From: Macrostomum lignano | Lineage: Eukaryota | DNA: 64,000 bases | NCBI GenBank assembly: GCA_002269645.1 | Contig: NIVC01000843.1 | Coordinates: forward strand, 1 to 64,000 | Reading direction: 5' to 3' | Shown: positions 25,156 to 36,330 of the stretch, piece by piece | How positions within the stretch are numbered: the first letter of the stretch is position 1 | How the letters are laid out: each line of letters opens with the position of its first letter | Translations under genes and position numbers: made by a program | Notes under the pieces: generated by a model | Database searches by the model: none | What the model saw: the letters and a program-made list of their open reading frames with translations, nothing else | Told to the model about the DNA's origin: nothing

Positions 25156-26436
25156 ATGCCCCGCGGCTACAGACGCGTGTTCCTCGGCGGCGTGGCCGAC
25201 CGCGCCAGCCGTCGGGATGTCGAACGATTCTTTCGCGGCTACGGCGACATTCGCGAAGTTGTGCTACGAAGCGGCTTTGGTTTTGTTGAATTCGAATCGC
25301 CACGAGACGCCGAGGACGCCGTCAGAGATCTGGACGGGCGCGACCTGTGCGGCGAACGCGTCGCTTTGGAATTCGCCAAGACCGGCGCCCCAGGTTCCCG
25401 GTCCAATCACCGGTTCGGGCCGCCGGTGCGCACCCGGCACCGCCTGATCGTGAAGAACCTCAGCTCCGGAGTCAGCTGGCAGGATCTCAAAGACCTGTTC
25501 CGCCGGGCTGGCGAGGTCACCTTCGCCGACGCGCATCGGTCAACACGGGGCGAAGGCGTTGTGGAGTTTCAAACTAGCGAGGATGTTCGGCGAGCGTTGG
25601 AGAAATACCATGACTACGAGTGGCACGGCAAGCGGCTGAGGCTCCGAGAAGATGCACCGGCCGACAGTCGCAGTCGCAGCAGGAGTCGCAGCAGAAGTCG
25701 CAGTCGCAGGCGCAGCAGTCGCAGGCGCGGTCGCAGCGTCAGTCGTAGCCGAACCCCTAGCCGTAGCCGCAGTTGTAGCCGCAGTCGTAGCCGCAGTCGT
25801 AGCCGTTCCCGCTCGCCGCCAGCTAAAAACAACGTAGCCAAATCCAGCCGTCGCAGTCACAGCCGAAGCGTATCTAAAGATAAGAAGCACGATAGCCGTA
25901 GCCGCTCTCGTAGCCGTAGCCGTAGCCGTAGCGCATCTAAAGATAAGAAGCACGATAGCCGTAGTCGCTCCCGTAGCCGTAGTGCATCTAAAGATAAGAA
26001 GCACGATAGCCGTAGCCGCTCTCGTAGCCGTAGCCGTAGCGCATCTAAAGATAAGAAGCACGATAGCCGTAGCCGCTCTCGTAGCCGTAGCCGTAGCGCA
26101 TCTAAAGATAAGAAGCACGATAGCCGTAGCCGCTCTCGTAGCCGTAGCCGTAGCGCATCTAAAGATAAGAAGCGCGATAGCCGTAGCCGCTCTCGTAGCC
26201 GTAGTCGCAGCGCTTCAAAGGACGCCGCCAATGAGAAAGCTGACAGTCGCAGTCCCGCTCAAAACGGCTCTAAAGATAACAAGGTTAGCCGTAGCCCTAG
26301 CCGTAGCCGCAGCGCCTCGAAAGATGTGGACGCCAAGCGCAGTCGTAGCGGCAGCCGCGACCCCGAAGCGGCTTCGCCCTCGCCGAAACGGGCCCGTTCG
26401 GGTTCCGCCGACTCTGGCGGGTCGGCAAAGTCCTGA
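25156..26436 (+). CDS. SRSF4/5/6: Serine/arginine-rich splicing factor, SRSF4/5/6 (B52/SRp55) type, intronless CDS
   Basis: RRM1 (RVFLGG, SGFGFVEFE..RDAEDAV), pseudo-RRM2 with SWQDLKD, and a long RS domain. Confidence 0.93.
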   Translation: MPRGYRRVFLGGVADRASRRDVERFFRGYGDIREVVLRSGFGFVEFESPRDAEDAVRDLDGRDLCGERVALEFAKTGAPGSRSNHRFGPPVRTRHRLIVKNLSSGVSWQDLKDLFRRAGEVTFADAHRSTRGEGVVEFQTSEDVRRALEKYHDYEWHGKRLRLREDAPADSRSRSRSRSRSRSRRRSSRRRGRSVSRSRTPSRSRSCSRSRSRSRSRSRSPPAKNNVAKSSRRSHSRSVSKDKKHDSRSRSRSRSRSRSASKDKKHDSRSRSRSRSASKDKKHDSRSRSRSRSRSASKDKKHDSRSRSRSRSRSASKDKKHDSRSRSRSRSRSASKDKKRDSRSRSRSRSRSASKDAANEKADSRSPAQNGSKDNKVSRSPSRSRSASKDVDAKRSRSGSRDPEAASPSPKRARSGSADSGGSAKS

Positions 26437-27672
26437 ATTCTATAATATCGACGCTAACGGCTACTAAAAGCTCTCGGAGCCTTTTCCTGATCTATCATCA
26501 ATAGTTCTTTTTCCATCCTGTTCGTTCAATCTGAGGCAGCCCTTCCTGTGTGCGTTTGTGACAAACGAGTGCAACAAAGTGAGTTAAATAATCTGGATTG
26601 AACAGAAATTGAAGCAAATTGGCATTTTTCGGGGTCTGTTTATTCACCTACTATATTACTGTCTGTAAGTAGGCTTGTTTTACCATTAAAAAGGTTGCAC
26701 AAAAAATAACTGGTGTGCGGAACCAACCAAATTTAGACTTGAAAATTTGAATGCTTTTTTATTTTATTATTAACTATTATTTTCATTACCAATTTTAATA
26801 TTTACTTGCAAATCGAATGTCAAAATAGTTAATTATTATATCTCGGTGACTTAACCATAATAATATAATATAATAATAATAACCAAGCTATTAATTTTGC
26901 GTGTCATAATAATACTGATAAATTAGTAGCCTCTTTTAGTTGTATTGTACAATGTACCAAACTATCTAATTATTGTGTAGTTTTGTCCCAAGTCCCTAAA
27001 TGAAATTCCTCGGTATCTACTGTAATGTCCTTGGGCTGATTTAGCAATACTTTATTAAATAGACCACACTTTTTAAAGCAAAAATAAAGTTGTCTGTTGC
27101 AGCAAAGTGACCAAAAAATAATTTAGTGAAAAATATTCAGCTCCATTGGAGTTGGCTTTTTTGTATTTGTTTGTTTCAATAATTTATTTTTTAACATTGA
27201 AGGCCTGGCATTGCAGTGTATTTAACTGAAACACCAAAAACAACAGCAGAGTAAACTGTGAATTCACGCGAAAACTTAATTCGTTAAAATACGCATAGTA
27301 CTGGAGGCAAGAAAGACGGACAGAGACGAGGACACAAGTAGTAGATATAAAGCAACGAATAACCGCTCCAAGTTAATTGAATAGCTGCCGCGTAAGTATG
27401 ACGAAGATTCCTCAAGCCGATTATAGTAGTAGTAAACGATTATAGTAAACACACAAAAACCTGTGTCCAAACCGGTACCAGTTAAACAATAAGCATTATT
27501 ATTACAGCAAACTAAAATGCAATTACTAAATATTTAACAATTTAACTCCATTTTTAGGAACTTGTAAGTCTATTATTTGAAAATCTAAAAATAGTTCGTA
27601 AGAGACTAAGTCACCGCCGCAATTCGCAAGCAGTCATGGCGCTGTGCCCACTCCGCTGTCAACCCCGGCACA

Positions 27673-29171
27673 CGCAGCCAGACCCAGTGGAGGGCTTGCC
27701 CACCCCCCCCCCTCACCACTCCGGAGAAAGAATTACTACCCCCTGAAATTCCGGAGAAAGGGATAACTGCCCCCTGAAATTCCGGAGAAAGGGATAACTG
27801 CCCCCTGAAATTCCGGAGAAAGAATTACTACCCCCTGAAATTCCAGAGAAAGGGATAACTGCCCCCTGAAATTCCGGAGAAAGAATTACTACCCCCTGAA
27901 ATTCCGGAGAAAGGGATAACTGCCCCCTGAAATTCCGGAGAAAGAATTACTGCCCCCTGAAATTACGGAGAAAGGGATTACTGGCCCCTGAAATCCGGAG
28001 AAAGGGATTACTGCCCCCTGAAATTCCGGAGAAAGAATTACTGCCCCCTGAAATTCCGGAAAAAGGGATAACTGCCCCCTGAAATTCCGGAGAAAGAATT
28101 ACTGCCCCCTGAAATTCCGGAGAAAGGGATTACTGGCCCCTGAAATCCGGAGAAAGGGATTACTGCCCCCTGAAATTCCGGAAAAAGGGATTACTGCCCC
28201 CTGAAATTCCGGAGAAAGAATTACTGCCCCCTGAAATTCCGGAGAAAGAATTACTGCCCCCTGAAATTCCGGAGAAAGGGATTACTGGCCCCTGAAATCC
28301 GGAGAAAGGGATTACTGCCCCCTGAAATTCCGGAAAAAGGGATTACTGCCCCCTGAAATTCCGGAGAAAGAATTACTGCCCCCTGAAATTCCGGAGAAAG
28401 AATTACTGCCCCCTGAAATTCCGGAGAAAGGGATTACTGGCCCCTGAAATCCGGAGAAAGGGATTACTGCCCCCTGAAATTCCGGAAAAAGGGATTACTG
28501 CCCCCTGAAATTCCGGAGAAAGAATTACTGCCCCCTGAAATTCCGGAGAAAGGGATTACTGGCCCCTGAAATCCAGAGAAAGGGATTACTGCCCCCTGAA
28601 ATTCCGGAGAAAGAATTACTGCCCCCTGAAATTCCGGAGAAAGGGATTACTGGCCCCTGAAATCCGGAGAAAGGGATTACTGCCCCCTGAAATTCCGGAA
28701 AAAGGGATTACTGCCCCCTGAAATTCCGGAGAAAGAATTACTGCCCCCTGAAATTCCGGAGAAAGGGATTACTGCCCCCTGAAATTCCGGAGAAAGGGAT
28801 TACTGCCCCCTGAAATCCGGAGAAAGGGATTACTGCCCCCTGAAATTCCGGAGAAAGGGATTACTGGCCCCTGAAATCCGGAGAAAGGGATTACTGCCCC
28901 CTGAAATCCGGAGAAAGGGATTACTGCCCCCTGAAATTCCGGAGAAAGGGATTACTGCCCCCTGAAATCCGGAGAAAGGGATTACTGCCCCCTGAAATCC
29001 GGAGAAAGGGATTACTGCCCCCTGAAATCCGGAGAAAGGGATTACTGCCCCCTGAAATCCGGAGAAAGGGATTACTGCCCCCTGAAATCCGGAGAAAGGG
29101 ATTACTGCCTCCTGAAATTCCGGAGAAAGAATTACTGCCCCCTGAATTCCACGAAAAAGTTCCTGGCTGCG
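27673..29171. mobile_element. MITE-like element whose interior is a ~1.43-kb array of 30-31-bp units (27715-29150)
   Basis: Short inverted termini CGCAGCCAG (27673) and CTGGCTGCG (29163-29171), with a C-rich subterminal tract next to the array. The array is certain; the element call is tentative. Confidence 0.55.
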
Positions 29172-29255
29172 CCACCTACAGTGCCTTAACAGTTGGCACA
29201 GTGGGAATCGAACCCAGGTGCACTTTGACGCAAATTGTCTTCAGGGCTAACCCTG

Positions 29256-31561
29256 TCAAAGCTGTTTCTGACCCTTTAAAGTCTCTATCAGGTCCGACAT
29301 CTCAGCTGCGACTCCGGCATCCAGACAGTCCGTACTGTTGTTGTCGCTGTACAGTCGCCGTCGAACTAGACGATCTGATGAACGCAGAGCGGCTCCGGCC
29401 ACGTCAGCGGCCACGCTGTCCAACTTGACAGCCGGGTGGCCGCCTAACCAGCGCCGATGCGCCTGCACCGCCCCGGTGACACCGGCTAGCGGGCCCAGCC
29501 AATAGACGGTCACGTGCTCCCACGGTTGCGAGCCTTCGCAACCGAACGTTTGAGCCGTGGCGTTGGCCGGATTCACGTACATGCCGGTTAGGTGGAGGCC
29601 TGAATTCAAACCAGATAATGAAGTTCTATATCTAGTCTAAGTCTCAGTTCAGATGGTCTTAGGAGTCCTTGTACCCTTGCGTTGAATGACTCTTCATACT
29701 CGCCTGATCCCTTAGGGGTCCTTGACACCCCGTCTCCCGATCCTTTAGGGGTCCTTGAGACCCAATCCTCCCCATCCTTAAATGTGTCCTTGACACGCTA
29801 CCCTACCAATCCTTTAGGGGTCCTTGACACCCTCCCGTCTCCCGATCCTTCAGGGGTCCTTGACACGCTACCCTCCCGATCCTTTAGGGGTCCTTGAAAC
29901 CCAATCCTCTCCATCCTTAAAGGGGTCCTTGACACGCTACCCTCCCAATCCTTTAGACAGCAGCTGTCCAACTCACCGCAATAAGTAAGCACAGTACTAA
30001 TCAACACCTTAATTAACGGTTGGAATCGTTCCCAACGCAGTCCGCTACTAAACACGCACAATCCAACCAGTAGATCCAGTCCCGTAGCGAAGGCTTCAAT
30101 AGAAAATCCTGCTCCAACAGGGACGGCTAAGTCGCTGGAACAGCCGGTGATTCTATAGCGCATTTCGTGCTCCGAGGACAGGCCTAAACGCCACCAGCAG
30201 CATCTGGCGTATCGATAAGCCATCGCTCCGGCAAGCATCTGTAGCGACATTCTAATTAAAGTGCCGGATAGGCGAGCTTGGCCTAAAACAAATTGACGCC
30301 AACTGCCGCAAGGATTGCCGCAGGCGTCGCCTAAGGTGCCCGAATGCCAGACGCCTAGCAACAGTAAAGTGCACAGATAGGCAGGCATGCCGTAGTGCTT
30401 GCGTATAACGCCGTTCTCTAAGCTGCATGCGCACACCTGCGATTTGGCGATATCGATTGGCAATACTCGTATGTAGGAGAGACAGTTCCTTTCAATCAGT
30501 GCTTATCTGGCATTTTCGAAGGCTCTGAAGGCTGCGTACGGCTGTTCAGTCCAAGGATTGAGGGGGGGGGGGTCGCCACACACCCTCAATTACCCCAGCT
30601 AATGCTGGCACCCATTTACAGCTGAGTGAACTGAAGCAATGCGGAGTTAAGTGCCTTGCTCAAGGACACGAATTGTTCCAAGTGGGTCGAGACTCGAACC
30701 CCCGACCTTTCAGCCGCGAGTCTGACGCTCTAACCACTAGGCTACAACCTTCTCTGAGTGAGTTAAAGTTAAAAAATTAAATTACGTAGTTTCTTACTTT
30801 TATGATCATTCGTGTGTTTTTCAGTGGATTCCTGAAGACACGCACTGTGACTTCTTGAAGACTCTCACTGTGAATTCTTCAAGACTCTCACTGTAGACTG
30901 TTGATTCCTAAAGACTCTCACTGTAGATTCTGAGAGACTCTCACTGTAGATTCTGAGAGACTCTCACTGTAGATTCTGAGAGACTCTCACTGTAGATTCT
31001 GAGAGACTCTCACTGTAGATTCCTAAAGACTCTCACTGTGAATTGTTTAAGACTCTCACTGTAGACTGTAGATTCCTAAAGACTCTCACTGTGAATTGTT
31101 TAAGACTCTCACTGTAGACTGTAGATTCCTAAAGACTCTCACTGTAGATTGTTAAAGACTCTCACTGTGAATTCTTCAAGACTCTTCACTGTAGACTGTA
31201 GATTCCTAAAGACTCTCACTGTAGATTGTTAAAGACTCTCATGATGTATCCTTCAATCTGATTTCAATCTGATTTCTGAAGTGTCTTAGTGACTTTCACA
31301 AAATTGGATTCTAACAAAATTTGCCACCAAAAAGTTAGATCTGCAACCAACCTGAAAAGTAGTAACCAAATCCAACAGACAAGAGGCTACAGATTTGCCC
31401 AGTGTCGGAGTTATCAAGCGCCTAACACAGTGTCGCAAGCCTCTGCCAAGCAGCATAGCGCAGCTGTAATACAGCAGTGACACGAGCAGGATAACTTCGT
31501 GATGCTCGGGATCTGGCTGGCCGAATGCCAGATCCCACAGGCGCTGATAGAATATGCGCAG
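29256..31561 (-). CDS. AQP11/12: Unorthodox (super)aquaporin, AQP11/12 type. Exons 31561-31352, 30436-29977, 29599-29256; no ATG in the first exon
   Basis: TTFQ|VCACSLE, first loop GNPC, second loop YVNPA, and EHVTVYWLGPLAG. Introns are phase-compatible (0 and 1). Confidence 0.88.
29700..29960. repeat. Minisatellite (CCGATCCTTTAGGGGTCCTTGACAC...) in aquaporin intron 2
   Basis: Direct repeats. Confidence 0.85.
30524..30749 (-). mobile_element. tRNA-derived SINE (family B) with a CORE-like central domain, in aquaporin intron 1
   Basis: The reverse complement has A-box TAGCCTAGTGG, B-box GGTTCGAGTC and GTGTCCTTGAGCAAGGCACTTAAC...CAGCTGTAAATGGG. A second copy lies at 49341-49580. Confidence 0.85.
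30845..31240. repeat. ~23-bp minisatellite (GAGACTCTCACTGTAGATTCTGA) in aquaporin intron 1
   Basis: Direct repeats. Confidence 0.92.
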
Positions 31562-31689
31562 CTGAAAATTATTAAATTAAGCGTTTAAATGCTTGCTTAA
31601 AAATAATTATACACAACAGACTACTTGGAGATAGGCCCGACAGTAGCATAGGGGAGGTTAAAAATAGGGGGCCGTGGATGTGGAAGATT

Positions 31690-32480
31690 TGGGATAAGAA
31701 AGACTGAGATGGGAAGATTTGGGATTAGAAATACAGGGATGGGAAGATTTGGGATTAAAAAGACTGGGATGGGAAAGATTTGGGATTAGAAATACTTGGA
31801 TAATGGGATGGGGGAGATTTGGGGTTAGAAATACTAGGATACTGGGATGGGATATTTGGGGTTAGATATACTGGGATACTGGGATGGGATATTTGGGGTT
31901 AGATATACTGGGATACTGGGATGGGGGAGATTTGGGATTGAAATTGCTGGGATGGGAAGATTTGGGATTTAAAAGACTGGGATGGGGAAGATTTGGGATT
32001 AGAAATACTTGGATACTGGGATGGGGGAGATTTGGGGTTAGAAATACTAGGATACTGGGATGGGATATTTGGGGTTAGATATACTGGGATACTGGGATGG
32101 GATATTTGGGGTTAGATATACTGGGATACTGGGATGGGGGAGATTTGGGATTGAAATTGCTGGGATGGGAAGATTTGGGATTTAAAAGACTGGGATGGGG
32201 AAGATTTGGGATTAGAAATACTTGGATACTGGGATGGGGGAGATTTGGGGTTAGAAATACTAGGATACTGGGATTGGATATTTGGGGTTAGATATACTGG
32301 GATACTGGGATGGGGGAGATTTAGGATTGAAATTGCTGGGATGGGAAGATTTGGGATTTAAAAGACTGGGATGGGGAAGATTTGGGATTAGAAATACTGG
32401 AATGGGGGAGATTTGCGATTACAAAAACTGGCTGGGATGGTAAGATTTGGGATTACAAAGACTGGGATGAGATTGGAAAG
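31690..32480. repeat. G-rich minisatellite with a 213-bp higher-order repeat, between RPS7 and the aquaporin
   Basis: Pseudo-ORFs 31884-32078 and 32097-32291 are almost identical at a 213-bp offset. Confidence 0.92.
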
Positions 32481-32721
32481 AAAGGAACTAACCTAGAAGG
32501 ACTTCATTGGAAAGAAGGACTTCATAGCTTAAATTGAAATAAAGCAAGATACAAAAACGCATTTTTTCCACAGGCCACACAAGACCGCCAAAATATTTCT
32601 GTTAAACTGCTTCGCTTCGGATTGATGTATTTCAAACTTGGCTTTATTTTTTTCAATCTTGCAAAAGCAACAGACCAAGCAGCATTGCCTTATCAATCAA
32701 TCATTGTCCGGAAGAAATTCT

Positions 32722-33339
32722 TCACAGCGCGTAGTCGGGAAACTCGAACACTACCGATTTGCCAGTCAGACTGCGATAAACCGAAGCAAACGTGTCCAGC
32801 TTGTGATCTATGGACGTCTGGTTGGCCTTGTCTAAATGTACTTTCATAGTGCGACTGCCGTCAACTCGAACCCGGACCCGACGGCCGACAATCTCGGCTG
32901 GGTAGACCAGATCGCCCAGCATAGCGTCGTGCACCGCGGTGAGGGTGCGCGAACGCGGGCGCTTCTGTTTGGTGAACGCGCCGCCCCCACCGCGCGACTT
33001 GTGCGACTCTTTTGGCAGAATCCGTCGTTCGGCGATGAGCACAACGTGCTTGCCAGAGTACTTCTTTTCTAGTTCGCGAACTAGGCGAACGTGGATCTTC
33101 TGGTAGGCACGCAGTTGCGGCACTGGCACCATCAGTGCGATGCACTTTTTACCGCCGGGCACTTCAAATTCTCTAGCTCCGGTAATGTGCAACTCTTTCA
33201 AATTGCCTTTTAAATCCGAGTTCTGCTGCAGATCCATCAGAGTCTGGGACAGCTGCAGCTCCAGGTCGCTCGGCTTGTCCCGAGCGCCACCAGAACGGGT
33301 GTCAGTTCGGACAGATCGAACTAGCTTAGTGCTGGCCAT
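32722..33339 (-). CDS. RPS7: 40S ribosomal protein S7 (eS7), 205 aa, intronless
   Basis: [55 protein letters not shown] and VVFEFP are diagnostic. Confidence 0.97.
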   Translation of the reverse strand: MASTKLVRSVRTDTRSGGARDKPSDLELQLSQTLMDLQQNSDLKGNLKELHITGAREFEVPGGKKCIALMVPVPQLRAYQKIHVRLVRELEKKYSGKHVVLIAERRILPKESHKSRGGGGAFTKQKRPRSRTLTAVHDAMLGDLVYPAEIVGRRVRVRVDGSRTMKVHLDKANQTSIDHKLDTFASVYRSLTGKSVVFEFPDYAL

Positions 33340-36070
33340 GATTGCTGGCGAACTACTCTGGCATGCAATAGAGATGGGCCGAAATGAAGTTTTTGAACCG
33401 ATTCGATTCGAATATCTGACAAAACCGAATACGAATATTTCAGTCAATAATATGCCCACCTCGCTACTCATCAGTCACTAGTCAGTAGTGCTGATTGATG
33501 GTTAACGGAATAATTTACTCTGCATAAATTTTTATCAAAGCAATTATAAATGTGAACTGACTGACTTGCAATGATTAAACTGGTGTGGAAATTTCTAGCT
33601 ATTCTCACTGCTGGAAGCACATACTTACAACTCCCTTTAGCAGCCCTCGACCAAATAGACCTGCATTTTCTATCCAATGATATGCACCCAGACCAAATGT
33701 CAACCCCACCCCTCCGAGTTTGTGGGAATCACTTCTAACACTTAAGAAGTGCTCCACTTCTAAAGCCCCAAAGTCTCCTAAAGCCTCAGTACTCAATCTG
33801 AGCACAACATGCTTGCAACTTCTCAAGCACTCTTGCCTTTCCTTAAGACATGCCATGTGTTGTCCCATCCCATCTTTAATTCACTCATTTAAGAGCCACA
33901 AGCCCACAACCTCTAACTCTTAACTCTTCAAATGCAAACTTCTCAGTCCTTAATTCTCTAATTTCTTTTTATCCATAACTCCTTCCCTTTATTTGCATTG
34001 TGAGCCACAACACTAATAATACTCAATACTTGACTTGTCCCAAATGTTTATCCCAGATCAAAGTGATTATTTGGTGTTGTAAACTTCTTAAATTCTGAAT
34101 ATTTGTTCCATCTCTAAGTGGAATACAATTGATATATTGACTATTTTCTTTTCTCTCAATTAAATATTTATATTTATGATTTTGTTTATTAATAATAAAT
34201 GCAGGAGGGTTGTGGGCACCTTGTTAAAAAGCCCATAGCAACATTATCACACAACTGATTTGGAAGCAATTTTGCTTATTCAAATTCTTAAATCACTATA
34301 CAAGGTATAAGTGCCTAGAATTTATAAATTTTATTAGCTTAAACTCAATTTTCAAAAAGAGTTTTCTCTTTTTGAAAAGTTAAACTGACAGGCTATAAAA
34401 AAATAAAGTAGAAAAAAGAATTGGATATTTGATTGTAATAATTTAATAGAAATTTTATAAATGAGGAATGTTATTGTTTTTAAATGGCTTTTTAGTAGAT
34501 AGTATCTTTTTTGCTAAACTAAAGCAAAGGACTTCTTTCTGTGTTAAAACTCAAATTATTTAAATATTATACTATATAATACTTCTCTATAAAGTTATAT
34601 GCTAATATATTTTTAGCTTATACTTTGCTTACACTAGTATCTAACATGTTGAGTCTGACTAAGATCAGATTTTTGTTTTTAAGCAAAATTAAGCAAGAAT
34701 TTTATCAAAAATTGAGATCAAGAATAAGTCAATTGAGAATTGGAGATCTGACTACAATTGTGAATTTGTAAAGGAAGAATAGTATTTATGATAAGATATA
34801 TAAAAATGAGCCTATATTATAAAGTAGATAAAGTAGATAAACAGATAATAATACAAAAGAAATAGCTTAAATGTCTTACAACAATAATATATATGCAACA
34901 ATATGCAAAAGTAAGCCACTAGGCCTAACTTTGGCTATGTTGCTATAGGGGGAGGGGGCTATGCCCTTATAAGATACATAAATAGGTTGAAAGTTGGTAA
35001 TGGCCTACCAGGTAACTAGGGCCTATGATCATGGCATGCCTATGCCAAAACAAAATCTCATCAAAATAGTTTGATTGTGCTGTGTGCTGGAACTTTTTTT
35101 GCAAAAAACACAAACACAAAAATCTATATTTTCCCTTTAAAAATACTGGTAAAACTTGTATTTGAATTTGTTTTGTAAAAATATAATGTTAACTTATTTA
35201 AATTAAAAAAGCTATCAATAAACCAGCAAACAAAAAAGTGCTAATCATGTATTAGACAATGCATTAGACCCTATTTTCTTTTTTATTTTGCGCTTTACAA
35301 TATTTTTATATTTTCTATATTGAATTCAATCTTGCTCAACTGTTATCAAATTTCAAGCCCAATCTTGAAATTTTGAGAATTTTTCAAAATGACCCAAAAG
35401 GCCATCTTAAAATTTCAAGATCAAAATCTCAGTTGGACTTTATATATATGACATGTCTTATATGTCATGCACCTAGCCAAGATGAACTATTTAGGCCCTA
35501 CTATAGGGGCCTATCCACTATCTTTATAGAACTGGGAACAGCAAATGCAAAGCTATAAATTATTGAAAAAATAAAACAATGGGAGTTTTGCCAAAATTTC
35601 AAGTATATAGCATAGGGCCTATAGCTATTATAGGGCCTTTCTAAAATGAAAGATTATTTAAGAATTAAAAAAATAGCTTATTATGGCGCATGACCAAGAC
35701 CGCCACACACCAAGACCGCCACAGCTCTTACTGGCTACTGGAATTGAGGCGGAGCTACTAATCTTCCAGCATTGCTATTGGTTGTGATGGGTTGTGGAGT
35801 TAGATGAGGAGGAAGCGTCCCAAGATTGGTCACGAATAAGTGGCCCAAAACGTTTGCAAGTCAACCAGGCAATTTTAACAATATCTTTAACAAAACCACA
35901 ATTTGTTACTTTTAGCAGTAGATGAGCATGAATAATGCTTTTGAGAGCAAAAGCTTGAGTAATTAGATTTAACTTCACTTTCAAAAAAGCGCCTCTCAAA
36001 ATGCAATTGCAGGTTGCTGTAATTTGAAAATTTTTTTACGAGCTCGCACATTCGTATATTCGGCGTCTGG

Positions 36071-36330
36071 GGGCCTTTTCATATTGCTTGCTCTGGTTCC
36101 AGAACCAGACCCAATTTGTGAAGTATAACTTTTTGTCTCCATAACTAGACGAAGATACGTACTATAAAGTTTTTATTATTGAATGACAATCGCCAAGAAG
36201 AAAGTGAAAAATTGTGCTAAGTTAGGTTGTTAAGGCAGTCAAATATTAACAGAGTTTAATAGTTATACTGCTGTTTTTCTTGGAATTCCGAACCGATTCT
36301 TGTTCTGGAATTGGTAATATGAAAAGGCCC
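36071..36330. mobile_element. 260-bp MITE (PIF/Harbinger-like) nested in the MULE
   Basis: Perfect 15-bp TIR GGGCCTTTTCATATT/AATATGAAAAGGCCC flanked by a 3-bp duplication, TGG. Confidence 0.7.

Noticed and set aside
33600-34150. Possible degenerate LINE 3' region upstream of RPS7
   Set aside because: Only a vague zinc-knuckle-like trace across frameshifts.
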